Source of the DNA: Candidatus Obscuribacterales bacterium
GTDB taxonomy: Bacteria > Cyanobacteriota > Vampirovibrionia > Obscuribacterales > Obscuribacteraceae
DNA: 64,000 nt
Assembly (NCBI GenBank): GCA_965228855.1
Contig: CBDDIJ010000003.1
Coordinates: 2,336,001 to 2,400,000, forward strand
Reading direction: 5' to 3'
Shown piece after piece: positions 36,413 through 46,083 of the stretch. Position numbers and translations under genes: made by a program. Below the pieces are notes generated by a model, which was given only the letters and a program-made list of their open reading frames with translations, searched no databases and was not told where the DNA came from. How positions within the stretch are numbered: position 1 is the first letter of the stretch; each line of letters begins with the position of its first letter.

Positions 36413-38111
36413 GTACGATTTGTTGCTGGTTGGTGGAAGCCCATCAAACCTGGCTCTCGCCTACCATTTCTTGCAAATGGCCAAAGACAGTGGCCGCGAT
36501 TTCACGATGGCTATCCTCGAGAAAGGCAAGGAATTCGGCGCGCACATCATGAGTGGTGCGGTTTCAAATCCACATGTGCTCAAGAAAATCTGGCCGAATT
36601 ACGAAGAGCTTGGTTTCCCAGTGGAAGCCGTTTGCAATGACAGCCAGATGTCGGTTCTCGGCCTCAGCAAGAAGTGGGATATTCCCTCGAAGTTCTATCC
36701 GAAGTCATTCGACAAACGCGGTTATTTAGTATTGACCTTGTCGCACGTCACCAACTGGATGGCGCACCAGGTTCAAGAGAAAGCGAAAGAAGTTCCAAAC
36801 GTAACCATCGACTTGTTCACCGGCTTCTCCGCTCATAAAGTGGCGTTTGAAAACGGCCGCGTCGTCGGCGTCGCCGTGACGGAAAACGCTCAATCGGAAG
36901 AAGACTACGTTTACTCAAAGTTCACCGCATTCGGTGACAAAGGTTTCATCTCCCGTGACGTGATCGACGAGTATAAACTGCGCGACAATCCGCAGCTCTG
37001 GTCGGTGGGCGTCAAAGAAGTCTGGGAATGCAAAGAAGACTATTCCGGCAAGGTGTGGCATACGCTCGGCTGGCCTCTTCTCGACGGCACCTTTGGTGGT
37101 GGCTTCGTCTACGGGATGAAGAACAACAAACTGACAATCGGTATGGTTATCAGTTTGAACAGCAAAGACCCGAACATGAATCCGCAGGAGAAGCTTCAAG
37201 AGTATAAGAAGCATCCCTGGATTCAGGAGATGATCAAAGAAGGCAAGCTCGTTAAATACGGCGCAGCTCTTCTTCCGGAAGGCGGCTATTACAGCTTGCC
37301 CAAGAAGTTCGCGGTACCTGGCGCGCTTCTGCTCGGCGACGCGCTCGGCGTCCTCGACGTGAAAAACCTTGCCGGTATCGACAGAGCTCTCGAGTGCGGA
37401 TACACCGCCGCCGAAGTGCTGTTCGACGCGCTCATGAAGGACGACACGTCCGAAGCAGCGCTGGCACCATATCAAAAACGACTCGAAGATAGCTTCGTAA
37501 TTAAGGAACTCTATCGCAACCGTTATTTCCGTCATGCCTTCATAGAGAATCCCAAACTTCTCGAAGAATATCTGCCGGATGTGGTTAAGAGTGTTGATAA
37601 GACCAATGCCTGGATTGGCGGTCTGAAGATATTCTTCAAGCATCCTTTTGGTGCCACCAAAGACGGTGTACGTTCACTCGGCTTAATCGAAGGTAAATTC
37701 GACATAGGTCCTATCACTTACGAGCACGATTACAAAGGCATCATTCCGACCTTTACTCCTCCGAAATACGATGAGCCTCCTTACGAGAAGTCTACAATCT
37801 ACTCAAGACCGGACGCTGTGTTTTACGCCTCGACCAAGTATCACGAAGGCAACAAACATATCGATGAATTCAACGCGAACGTCTGCGTAAAGTGCATCTC
37901 CAAGTATGATGGACTCGGCAAAGACACGCCTTGCGTGGCAGATTGCACCGCTGAAGTTCACCGCATCGACATCATCGAAGATGTGCGCAAACACGGGATG
38001 TCACTGGAAAACTGCGTACACTGCCGCACATGCGAAATCGTATGTCCGGAAGTCAACCTGCGCGTAAAACCAACGGAACAGGGTAGCGGACCTGACTTCA
38101 TCGGTCTTTAA
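36396..38111 (+). CDS. ETF:quinone oxidoreductase (FixC-like FAD domain fused to a FixX-like ferredoxin domain)
   Basis: LEKG..GAHIMSGAV, GVKEVW, HTLGWPL, GGGFVY, LPEGGYYSLPK; C-terminal CxxC..CxxxC and CxxCxxCxxxCP; GSGPDF end. Confidence 0.88.
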   Translation: MSERIEYDLLLVGGSPSNLALAYHFLQMAKDSGRDFTMAILEKGKEFGAHIMSGAVSNPHVLKKIWPNYEELGFPVEAVCNDSQMSVLGLSKKWDIPSKFYPKSFDKRGYLVLTLSHVTNWMAHQVQEKAKEVPNVTIDLFTGFSAHKVAFENGRVVGVAVTENAQSEEDYVYSKFTAFGDKGFISRDVIDEYKLRDNPQLWSVGVKEVWECKEDYSGKVWHTLGWPLLDGTFGGGFVYGMKNNKLTIGMVISLNSKDPNMNPQEKLQEYKKHPWIQEMIKEGKLVKYGAALLPEGGYYSLPKKFAVPGALLLGDALGVLDVKNLAGIDRALECGYTAAEVLFDALMKDDTSEAALAPYQKRLEDSFVIKELYRNRYFRHAFIENPKLLEEYLPDVVKSVDKTNAWIGGLKIFFKHPFGATKDGVRSLGLIEGKFDIGPITYEHDYKGIIPTFTPPKYDEPPYEKSTIYSRPDAVFYASTKYHEGNKHIDEFNANVCVKCISKYDGLGKDTPCVADCTAEVHRIDIIEDVRKHGMSLENCVHCRTCEIVCPEVNLRVKPTEQGSGPDFIGL

Positions 38112-38114
38112 TCC

Positions 38115-39230
38115 GTGACTCGAAGTCGGCGGCGCAGAGCGATCACGACTCCCAAAATAATACCGGGCACCTCGCCTGGAACACTGGTTGCCAATCCGAA
38201 GCGGGGGCAACCAGTTGTTAGTTTAATCGCCTACAGCGAAAGTAAAGTCACTGAAGAAGCCAGCATCGAATTGGAAAATATCAAGCCGTTCTTGAAAAAG
38301 AACAATGTGGTCTGGGTTAACGTTGATGGTTTGGGCGATGCGGAGACGATTCGTGAGATAGGCGAGATGTTCGGCATCCACCAACTAGCTTTAGAAGACG
38401 TGATGACCGGGCATCAGCGCGCGAAGCTCGAGCAGTACGGGGACAATTACTTCTTGATCGCGCATATGCTCGAACTGCGAGAGTTTTTATTAACCGAGCA
38501 AATTTGTACTTACATCGGTCATGGTTTCATCGTCACATTCCAGGACGGACCGATCGACTGTTTTGAAAAGGTGAGAGAGCGCATCCGCAAAAAGGCTGGA
38601 CGGATTCGGTCTTCCGGTGCGGACTATCTAGCTTACGCGCTTTTAGACTCGATAATCGATTGCTATTTTCCCGTCCTGGAAAAATACGGAGAGCGCTTAG
38701 AAGATATCGAAGACGAGATAATCGAACGTTGCGATCGTTCCACAATTTCCAAAGTCCACGAGGTAAAGCGAGATCTGCTCACGATGCGGCGCGCCATCTG
38801 GCCTCTGCGCGAAGCTATCAGCAGCTTGCTGCGCGACCCGTCTGATTTGTTCGCTCCGGAAACTCTAATATTTATGCGCGACTGCGCGGACCACACCGTT
38901 CAGATAAGCGATTTCATCGAGACATTCCGAGAACTGGGCGCCGACTTGATGGATGTTTACTTGTCAAACGTGAGCAACCGTCTGGGCGAAAATATGAAAT
39001 TACTTACTATCATTACAACCATCTGTGCGCCACCAACTGTAGTGGCAGCGATTTATGGCATGAACTTCAATCCGGATGTTTCAAAATGGAATATGCCCGA
39101 GCTCAACTGGGAGTTCGGTTATCCATTCGCATTGTGTCTCATGGTCGCCCTCACCATCCTGACAAGCTTTATTCTTTGGTCACAGGGGTGGAGAGTGAAC
39201 TCGGAAAACGTCCGGCGCCCGCCGCATTGA
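38115..39230 (+). CDS. corA: Magnesium/cobalt transporter CorA
   Basis: WVNVDGLGD, HQLALEDV...QRAKLE, GADYLAYALLD, YGMNF..MPEL.W..GY. Confidence 0.94.
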   Translation: MTRSRRRRAITTPKIIPGTSPGTLVANPKRGQPVVSLIAYSESKVTEEASIELENIKPFLKKNNVVWVNVDGLGDAETIREIGEMFGIHQLALEDVMTGHQRAKLEQYGDNYFLIAHMLELREFLLTEQICTYIGHGFIVTFQDGPIDCFEKVRERIRKKAGRIRSSGADYLAYALLDSIIDCYFPVLEKYGERLEDIEDEIIERCDRSTISKVHEVKRDLLTMRRAIWPLREAISSLLRDPSDLFAPETLIFMRDCADHTVQISDFIETFRELGADLMDVYLSNVSNRLGENMKLLTIITTICAPPTVVAAIYGMNFNPDVSKWNMPELNWEFGYPFALCLMVALTILTSFILWSQGWRVNSENVRRPPH

Positions 39231-39314
39231 CTTCTGAAAGAAAACTCGAATGACACTGGTACGCGAACAGGCTAAACTTGTGTCGGAAACCAATTTCAGG
39301 CTCGCAAAATCCCA

Positions 39315-40034
39315 TTGAAATCGTGCGAAAAAAGATTATGCGATAGGCAGTTACATCGGATTGTCCTGGCTGCATTCCTTACCGCATCCCAGTTTCTTCT
39401 CTCCGCCTCAGAAGCAAAAGCCGCGGAACATGCCTTCCAGTGGTGGCAGCCGGTGTACACGGATTTCCCTATTTTAAAAACCAAGTTTCGCGGTTACATC
39501 GAGTCAAATCCGCGATTGAACGATGGTCTGGAAGGTCTGGACATCTATCTTTTACGCTCCGCCATCGGCTATAAATTCAAGAAAAACATGGAAGGCTATG
39601 TTGGATACGCGTACGTCAACGATTATATCCCGACACGAGTTCAGGAGAATCGGGTTTACCAGCAGTTTGGCTACGGACAAGTTTTGTTTAAAAGAATCCA
39701 GGTGTTGCATAGAATTCGAACGGAGCAGCGCTTCTTCAACGACCGCGAGGGTTGCGCCAGCAGGCTTCGCTACATGCTGAGGCTGGCGACGCCCATTCCG
39801 AATACGCGGTGGTATGTCGTTACATCCGACGAGCTTTTCATAAACACGAACAGCCTGAACGATGGACCGAATGCCGGAATTGATCAGAACAGGCTTTACG
39901 GCGCGCTAGGACGACAGGTCAACCGAAAACTGCGCCTGGAAGTCGGCTATCAACTGCAGTATACAAACCGCTCTGAACCAATCATAGATAAAGCTAACCA
40001 CCAGCTGATGACGCAGGCGTTCATCAGTTTATAA
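39315..40034 (+). CDS. DUF2490-like outer-membrane beta-barrel protein
   Basis: Signal-like N-terminus; LRSAIGY, ENRVYQQ, HRIRTEQR, RLRYMLR, DELFIN, DQNRLY, LEVGYQ. Start codon uncertain. Confidence 0.8.
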   Translation: MKSCEKRLCDRQLHRIVLAAFLTASQFLLSASEAKAAEHAFQWWQPVYTDFPILKTKFRGYIESNPRLNDGLEGLDIYLLRSAIGYKFKKNMEGYVGYAYVNDYIPTRVQENRVYQQFGYGQVLFKRIQVLHRIRTEQRFFNDREGCASRLRYMLRLATPIPNTRWYVVTSDELFINTNSLNDGPNAGIDQNRLYGALGRQVNRKLRLEVGYQLQYTNRSEPIIDKANHQLMTQAFISL

Positions 40035-40063
40035 CTTGCATACGCGATCAGAGAAACGACGGT

Positions 40064-40699
40064 CTAACCTTTCGACTTTTTCTTCTTCTTCGAGACAGGC
40101 TCGTCATCAGCTTTGAGCGACTCCTTACTTGATTCAGCAGGAGCAGCTCCGACCTTGTTATTCACCTTCTGGAAGTCGATGATGAATTGATTGATCAAAT
40201 GATCGGCAGTTTCTTTAATTAGAGAGTGACTGCAAACCGCCTGATCGGTGTACGTGATCGTGCGCACAGAAATTTTGGGATCGCGCTCGAGCGAGCACCA
40301 CTGTGAAAGAGTCAGTTCAACAAGGGCAAAGCGCCCACCTGCACCGAGACACTTCACTTGAAGAACGCCATCGATTGGCTTGGTCACACCCGGCTCCAAA
40401 TCTTCGATGCGCTTCACGAGGATTGGCAGCTGTTTCAGTCTGTTATCAATTGCCTTATGCAGTTCCAATCCTTCCGGATAACTGCCGGCGACCCCATAAG
40501 CCAAGCCTCTAATGCCTTTCAACGACGGAAGGAAGAGTTCTTCGCGCATCGCAGTTCTGTGCGTGCGCATCTCTTCGATGCTCAACGGCTTTTTGTTTTC
40601 TTTGGAATCCGTATCTTCGGCGGAGACTGGCAGCGAGGAAATCAAGAGTGCTGACAGCGCAGCTGTGATAGCTAGAATTCCGGAACGGCGCGTTGGCAT
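40064..40699 (-). CDS. Secreted hypothetical protein with a basic C-terminal tail
   Basis: ATG 40699 with AAGGAG upstream; signal peptide ending PVSA-ED. Confidence 0.7.
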   Translation of the reverse strand: MPTRRSGILAITAALSALLISSLPVSAEDTDSKENKKPLSIEEMRTHRTAMREELFLPSLKGIRGLAYGVAGSYPEGLELHKAIDNRLKQLPILVKRIEDLEPGVTKPIDGVLQVKCLGAGGRFALVELTLSQWCSLERDPKISVRTITYTDQAVCSHSLIKETADHLINQFIIDFQKVNNKVGAAPAESSKESLKADDEPVSKKKKKSKG

Positions 40700-40754
40700 A
40701 ACTATTCTCCTTAAACCGAGTTTTGCATAGGATAGCAAATCTTAGCCGCGGCTT

Positions 40755-42080
40755 CTAACGCGAGAGCATATTTAAGCTGTTCATGAGTTGGCCGAAACCT
40801 TCCATATGCGAATTTCCGCCGCCGCCGGCACCGTTCAAATACTGCCTGACCGCAGGATTGTTGGCGTACTGCTGCATGGATTGGGAGTAGTTGCTAGCGC
40901 CACCTGTTGCAGCGCCCAGGCTGTTGAGAATGCTTGACAGACCTTCCATGCCACCGCTGCCGCCCGCACCAGCCTGTTGAAGGATCTGAGTCATATTGCC
41001 CATGCCGGTGGGCACGGGGCTTGTGTTCATGACCTGACCACGATTGACGTTGCCATACATAATCAGTTTGCGAAGAAATTTACCGGACGCGTCGTAGTCA
41101 ACAGATGCAGCGAGCACATACATTTGCGATGGAGACTGGCGTGTGAAACGCAGAACGCTCTCGGTATAACCGCTCTCACTGCGACCGCTCGATTGAACCG
41201 ACGCATTCCGAGTGACTATCTGCTCCTCGACAACATTAGCGGCGAGCTGCCGAATTTCATTCTTGACGACGCGCTGGTCGATTTGATTACCGGAAACGCC
41301 TACTTCCATGCTCCCGCTTGTCGAAACCGTTCCAAAGTGCAAAATCACCGGTACTTTCATGTTCGCCATCATCTGCGATACCATGCCGCCCATTCCGCCG
41401 GCACCGCCCTGCATCATTTTCTGGTAAGAAAACGATTGGCTCGCAGGAATCATGATGCGTACCTGAGCCGGCTCCAGGTCGATCTTGCCCATCGCATGTT
41501 GAAAGGTGAAATTGACATCGCCGGCGGTGCCGGGAGCGAGAATTTCTCTGAGTTTGTTGGACTCGTTGGCATCCTCTTCATACGACAGCGGCGAGACGCT
41601 GTACCGCCAGACCCGAATGGTACCGCCCCAGGTGCCGGAAAAATCCATAGGAAACGAAGTGGCAACCGAGCCGCTGAAGCGCGATTCGGAAGTGGACGCC
41701 TTGAGCGGCTCGCGACGCGAAACATCGAGTGATGCTTTTTGCATTTGCAGGCTGGGCATCTGAACACTTGCTTCACTGGCGATTTGATCGATTCGACCGT
41801 ACAAAGTTATAGGCTTCGACTTAGGGGAGACCGATGAACGCTTTGCAGAACCAGCAGGTTTTAGCGAGTCCTCGACAGCCGATTCAGATTGCAACCCGGC
41901 ACCGGCGCCAGCATTCTGCTCCGGGGCTTCACTTCTCACAGGCGCAACCGGCTTAGCAGCAGGTCCATCCTCGGACGGCCAGCTCATATCTTCAGCCAGG
42001 ACAGGAGTAACAGCAACGCTCGTCAAGATACACAGCGAAAGCAGCAGCGAGTTGAACCGATTCACGTCGTTTAATCTCAT
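40755..42080 (-). CDS. Secreted hypothetical protein with a beta-rich core and Met/Gly-rich tail
   Basis: ATG 42080; signal peptide ...AVTPVLA-ED. Confidence 0.7.
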   Translation of the reverse strand: MRLNDVNRFNSLLLSLCILTSVAVTPVLAEDMSWPSEDGPAAKPVAPVRSEAPEQNAGAGAGLQSESAVEDSLKPAGSAKRSSVSPKSKPITLYGRIDQIASEASVQMPSLQMQKASLDVSRREPLKASTSESRFSGSVATSFPMDFSGTWGGTIRVWRYSVSPLSYEEDANESNKLREILAPGTAGDVNFTFQHAMGKIDLEPAQVRIMIPASQSFSYQKMMQGGAGGMGGMVSQMMANMKVPVILHFGTVSTSGSMEVGVSGNQIDQRVVKNEIRQLAANVVEEQIVTRNASVQSSGRSESGYTESVLRFTRQSPSQMYVLAASVDYDASGKFLRKLIMYGNVNRGQVMNTSPVPTGMGNMTQILQQAGAGGSGGMEGLSSILNSLGAATGGASNYSQSMQQYANNPAVRQYLNGAGGGGNSHMEGFGQLMNSLNMLSR

Positions 42081-42176
42081 AACCTTCCCGACTCTGTCCT
42101 GCCAAAGATTTGCCCATTTCGACCAATGTTCCAACATCAGTTAAGATCTAAACATGGAGTAACCAGGGACGAGACG

Positions 42177-43043
42177 ATGAATAGAAACCCAATGGCGAGA
42201 AACCTGCTTTTAGCCTTCCTGCTGCTCCTTTCGGTTTACTGCGCGATATCACCGGTGGTGGCAATGCCGCTTTACGACAAAATGCTTTTCTTCCCGACGA
42301 AACAGTTTGAAACTGACTTCGACAGCCTTGGTGGATTCGCAAAGGAGGACTCCACCTTCACCTCCACGAACGGTTCAAAACTGCATGCCTGGTACATCCC
42401 AGTTCCCCATTCTCGGGGAACCGTAATAATAAGTCATGGCAACGCCGGGAATATATCGTACCGCGTGCCACTGATGGAGCTCTTTTTGAAACAGAAACTG
42501 TCGGTTCTTGCCTATGATTATCAGGGATACGGCAAGAGCGAAGGAACGCCGTCTATCGATCACGTCTGTGAAGATGGACTTGCAGCCTACGATTTCCTGA
42601 CAAAAGAACGCGGAGTCGAATCAAAGAAAATAATAGTGTACGGAGAATCACTTGGCGGTGGCGTCGCGTCATACATCGCCGCAAATCGCAAAGTTGAAGC
42701 AATCATTCTTCAATCTGCGTTTTCATCCTTGCCCCATATCGCTCGGTTGAAGATGCCGCTGATGCGATTTTATCCGAACTTTTTCTTCCCTAAGAATTGC
42801 ATGGACAGCGCATCGTTGCTGTCGGTCGAGCACGCTCCGCTCCTCATCGTTCATGGCGATAAGGACACAATCATTCCTGTATCGGAAGCGCACAAGCTGT
42901 TTGATGCAGCGGTGGAGCCTAAAAAATTGGTCACGCTTGAAAACGCCAATCACAATGACATGTACGGATCTCAATACGAAGCCAGCTTGAGCAGCGCAAT
43001 AGTGGACTTTCTCCAAACCATTGCCGCATTCAAAGTGAACTGA
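42177..43043 (+). CDS. Alpha/beta hydrolase (ABHD13/Bem46-like)
   Basis: HGNAGNI, DYQGYGKSEG.PS, GESLGG nucleophile elbow, HGDKD, NHND. Confidence 0.9.
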   Translation: MNRNPMARNLLLAFLLLLSVYCAISPVVAMPLYDKMLFFPTKQFETDFDSLGGFAKEDSTFTSTNGSKLHAWYIPVPHSRGTVIISHGNAGNISYRVPLMELFLKQKLSVLAYDYQGYGKSEGTPSIDHVCEDGLAAYDFLTKERGVESKKIIVYGESLGGGVASYIAANRKVEAIILQSAFSSLPHIARLKMPLMRFYPNFFFPKNCMDSASLLSVEHAPLLIVHGDKDTIIPVSEAHKLFDAAVEPKKLVTLENANHNDMYGSQYEASLSSAIVDFLQTIAAFKVN

Positions 43044-43054
43044 ACGACATTGCT

Positions 43055-44983
43055 CTAGTTCAACAGATACTTCTCGACGAACTCCACTGTCGTGTAGAAC
43101 AGATAGTCTCTGTTCTTTTTCTTTCGAAAACCGTGCCCTTCGTCTTCCGCCATGAGAAACCAAACGGGCGTCCCGGTTTTCTTCAACGCGTCGTACATTT
43201 GCTCGGCTTCGCTGGCGGGGACGCGCGGATCGTTTTTCCCCTGCACTATATACAGTGGCTTTTTGATTTCCGCCGCTTTGCCCAGAGGTGCGGTCCGCTC
43301 CAGAAATTTGCGCATCTCCGGATCGCGCTCGTCACCATATTCGACCCGGCGCAAGTCACGGCGATAGGCTTCGGTGTGCTCTAGAAAAGTGACAATGTTG
43401 GAAAAACCAACCAGATCAAGCGAGCATCGTATTTTGTCGGAGTAGAGAACGGAGACGGCAAGCGTCATATGACCGCCATAGGATCCACCCATAACCATTA
43501 TCCGGTCTCCATCCAGATTCGGCTGGGTTTTAATCCAGTTCAACAGCGCCTCTATATCCTTGTAAGTGTCCTCGCGTTTAAATCCGTTATCGAGCAGACT
43601 GAAAGTTTTACCGTATCCGGTGGAGCCTCTTACGTTGGGACAAATCTGCACCACGCCAAGTTCATTCATCCAGAAATTTCCGCGATCGAGAAACCAGGGG
43701 CGAAATTGCGACTCCGGTCCGCCGTGGATATTGATTATCACGGGACGTTTGCCGGGAAATTTCTTCGCGTCCGGCTTGTACATGAACGCTGAAATTTCAC
43801 GATCATCAAACGACTTCCATTTGATCAATTCCGGATCTGCAAAATTGTCCGTGTTGAGAAAACCGGTTTCGCTGTAGGTCCAACGCTCGACCTTACCGGT
43901 CTCCGTGTCCAGTGAATGAACATCAGAAGGAGAGCGAGACGTTTCAAGGTTAAAACCTAAATCGCGACTGTTTTTATGCCACCTCAGTCCAGTTACCTGT
44001 CCAACTGGAAGTGTGGGAACGGACAACTCCTTATTGTCGGTAGTCGACATCAAATGCAGGACCCCAAGCCCTTCTTCGTTGACAGACATGGCAATCTTTT
44101 TGCCGTCATCAGATAAAGCGAACTCATCGACATCCCACTTAATGTGATCGGTGAGATAAGTATACTTTTTGGTTTCCAAATCGATGTATGCAAGGCGCAA
44201 AAATTCTGAATCTTTGTCAGTCGTTACGTAGACGCCTTTTCCATCCTTACTGAAGCGCGCACCATTGTATGAAATTTTTGTTTTGGCTTCACGGTCAGTC
44301 AGCGCAACTTTCGTCCCTTTCTCGACATCGACCAACCAGATGTATCCCTCGTTAACTGAAAGTTGTTCGAGCAAGAGCATTTGTTTGTCGTCCGGCGACC
44401 AATCTTGAGGGTCCCAGCCGCCACCTTGCAGCTGAACCACGAGTTTGTTCGAGGCTGGTTCTTTCGGATTCATTACCCAAACATCAACGTCCGCACCGTT
44501 ACGACGAGTGGAACCGTAGGCGTAGCGGTCTCCCTTCGTAGACCAAACGCCACCAGTGTTGCGTGACTTGCCGTCCGTGAGCAGCACCACATCTTTGGTT
44601 TCAACGTCATAGGAATACTTCTGGAAAAACTCATCGCCGCCTTTATCTTTATCAAATACAAAATACTTGCCTTCGGTCGGCTGAAAGGAGCCACCATTGG
44701 CGGTGTCTTTGAAAAATGTCAACTGCTTCCGCTCACCGCCAGGCATAGCAAGGTGGTGAACTTGAACTACGTCCGCAAAGCGGGTCTCAATCAGCATTTC
44801 GCGCTTGCTCGGGTGCCAGCTTCCGATATGAGCATTGCGAAACTCAGTGTATTTTTCGACTTTGTCGATCAGACTTAGCGGTGGGCTCGGTACATCACGC
44901 ACGACGAGATTATCACCAGGCGGTAGAACCGCGGATGAAGAGGTGGCAAACGCTGTTGCCAACACCATAATAAGTTTATGCAT
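43055..44983 (-). CDS. Secreted S9-family (prolyl oligopeptidase/acylaminoacyl) peptidase with a beta-propeller
   Basis: IHGGPESQ, PNVRGSTGYG, GGSYGG, QGKNDPRVP, DEGHGF. ATG 44983 follows GGAG. Confidence 0.92.
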   Translation of the reverse strand: MHKLIMVLATAFATSSSAVLPPGDNLVVRDVPSPPLSLIDKVEKYTEFRNAHIGSWHPSKREMLIETRFADVVQVHHLAMPGGERKQLTFFKDTANGGSFQPTEGKYFVFDKDKGGDEFFQKYSYDVETKDVVLLTDGKSRNTGGVWSTKGDRYAYGSTRRNGADVDVWVMNPKEPASNKLVVQLQGGGWDPQDWSPDDKQMLLLEQLSVNEGYIWLVDVEKGTKVALTDREAKTKISYNGARFSKDGKGVYVTTDKDSEFLRLAYIDLETKKYTYLTDHIKWDVDEFALSDDGKKIAMSVNEEGLGVLHLMSTTDNKELSVPTLPVGQVTGLRWHKNSRDLGFNLETSRSPSDVHSLDTETGKVERWTYSETGFLNTDNFADPELIKWKSFDDREISAFMYKPDAKKFPGKRPVIINIHGGPESQFRPWFLDRGNFWMNELGVVQICPNVRGSTGYGKTFSLLDNGFKREDTYKDIEALLNWIKTQPNLDGDRIMVMGGSYGGHMTLAVSVLYSDKIRCSLDLVGFSNIVTFLEHTEAYRRDLRRVEYGDERDPEMRKFLERTAPLGKAAEIKKPLYIVQGKNDPRVPASEAEQMYDALKKTGTPVWFLMAEDEGHGFRKKKNRDYLFYTTVEFVEKYLLN

Positions 44984-45059
44984 CACATCACTCCACGAGA
45001 TGGCTTCCCAGAAGACTGAACATATTAGCAGCCTTGAAGAAGGGAATTCATGACGGTGG

Positions 45060-45662
45060 CTATTCTGGTTTTCGAACGCCACGAAGGATGATATTGACCC
45101 AGTCGTCGATTTTGTTGACCAGCGGTCGGTTTTCATCCCCTGCAATCCAGGTGACTTGCGCATGTTGAGACAGACCGGAAATTAATGCACCCAGATCGCG
45201 GGCATCGTAACCGCTGTCGATTTCGCCCTTCTCTTGAGCGGCCCTTATGATCTTGGAGATGATGTTGGGTAGTGATGACGGGTCGCTTTCATAGCTGCAA
45301 TCAATCTGGTCCCTCATCTGACTGAACCAGGCAAGGAAAAAGTGCCTGGAGAGATCCTTATATAGTTGGGTTTCACGTGCCAGCGTTTTCAAAGAATCGA
45401 CAAGTACATCAACAGGCGACTCTCCTTTCTCGAGTCTCATATCGACCGTTTCGCTGAGGCGTTTCAAATAACCTATAGAAAGCCCCAGCAGCACCTCATC
45501 CTTCGACTTGAAGTGGTAATAAAGCGTCCCTTTCGCCACGTTGGCTGCATCGGCTATATCGTCGACAGATGTGGCGTCATAACCTTTTTTCATAAATAGG
45601 ATGCCAGCAGCCGCTAAGATGTCCTGCCTGGTGGCTTCTCGCTTCTCTTCCCTTCTTCCCAC
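45060..45662 (-). CDS. TetR/AcrR family transcriptional regulator
   Basis: TRQDILAAA..LF..KGY..TSVDDIA..ANVAKGTLYYHFKSKD HTH. Probable GTG start at 45662 with a G-rich SD. Confidence 0.93.
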   Translation of the reverse strand: MGRREEKREATRQDILAAAGILFMKKGYDATSVDDIADAANVAKGTLYYHFKSKDEVLLGLSIGYLKRLSETVDMRLEKGESPVDVLVDSLKTLARETQLYKDLSRHFFLAWFSQMRDQIDCSYESDPSSLPNIISKIIRAAQEKGEIDSGYDARDLGALISGLSQHAQVTWIAGDENRPLVNKIDDWVNIILRGVRKPE

Positions 45663-45682
45663 ACGTCCCCCTGTTCCTTGAC

Positions 45683-45740
45683 AAAACCGACCAATGTATG
45701 ATTTTATACTAGTATACAAATTTAGACTACAGTCGGTTTT
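45683..45740. promoter_or_regulatory. Candidate TetR operator region in the divergent promoter
   Basis: AAAACCGAC (45683-91) / GTCGGTTTT (45732-40) inverted repeat flanking the palindrome TATACTAGTATA (45705-16). Confidence 0.5.
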
Positions 45741-45814
45741 AATAAACCAGAGCTTAAGGCTGAATTTGTTGCTCTAGCCGGGACAAAGTTAGTATCTAGA
45801 AGGTGGTTTTGACA

Positions 45815-46069
45815 ATGAAACCAGCACAGAAGCCCAGACACGGTCTGGGTTCAGACTACCGTTTGAATTCGCAATGCTGCAAGGTCGCCACCGCAGTAGA
45901 CCAGGCCAAACCTGTGCTCTATATGTTGATAAGCACAGCGATGCTGATCATCCTAGTCTATATGTTCTCGTTGAGTTTCGGGCCGGAAGCATGGTCAAAG
46001 CAGAGAGATTTGACCCGACATCATGTTTCGCACCAGGTCCATCAAACCGCGCATCTCATGCGTATTTAA
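45815..46069 (+). CDS. Small membrane hypothetical protein, divergent from tetR
   Basis: ATG 45815 follows AAGGTGG; one hydrophobic helix (VLYMLISTAMLIILVYMFSLSF). Confidence 0.55.
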   Translation: MKPAQKPRHGLGSDYRLNSQCCKVATAVDQAKPVLYMLISTAMLIILVYMFSLSFGPEAWSKQRDLTRHHVSHQVHQTAHLMRI

Positions 46070-46083
46070 TTTGAGCGTCCTGG

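Noticed and set aside
44984..45163. N-terminal extension of the S9 peptidase overlapping tetR
   Set aside because: A better start lies at 44983 with an SD and signal peptide, so the overlap is an artefact of longest-ORF calling.
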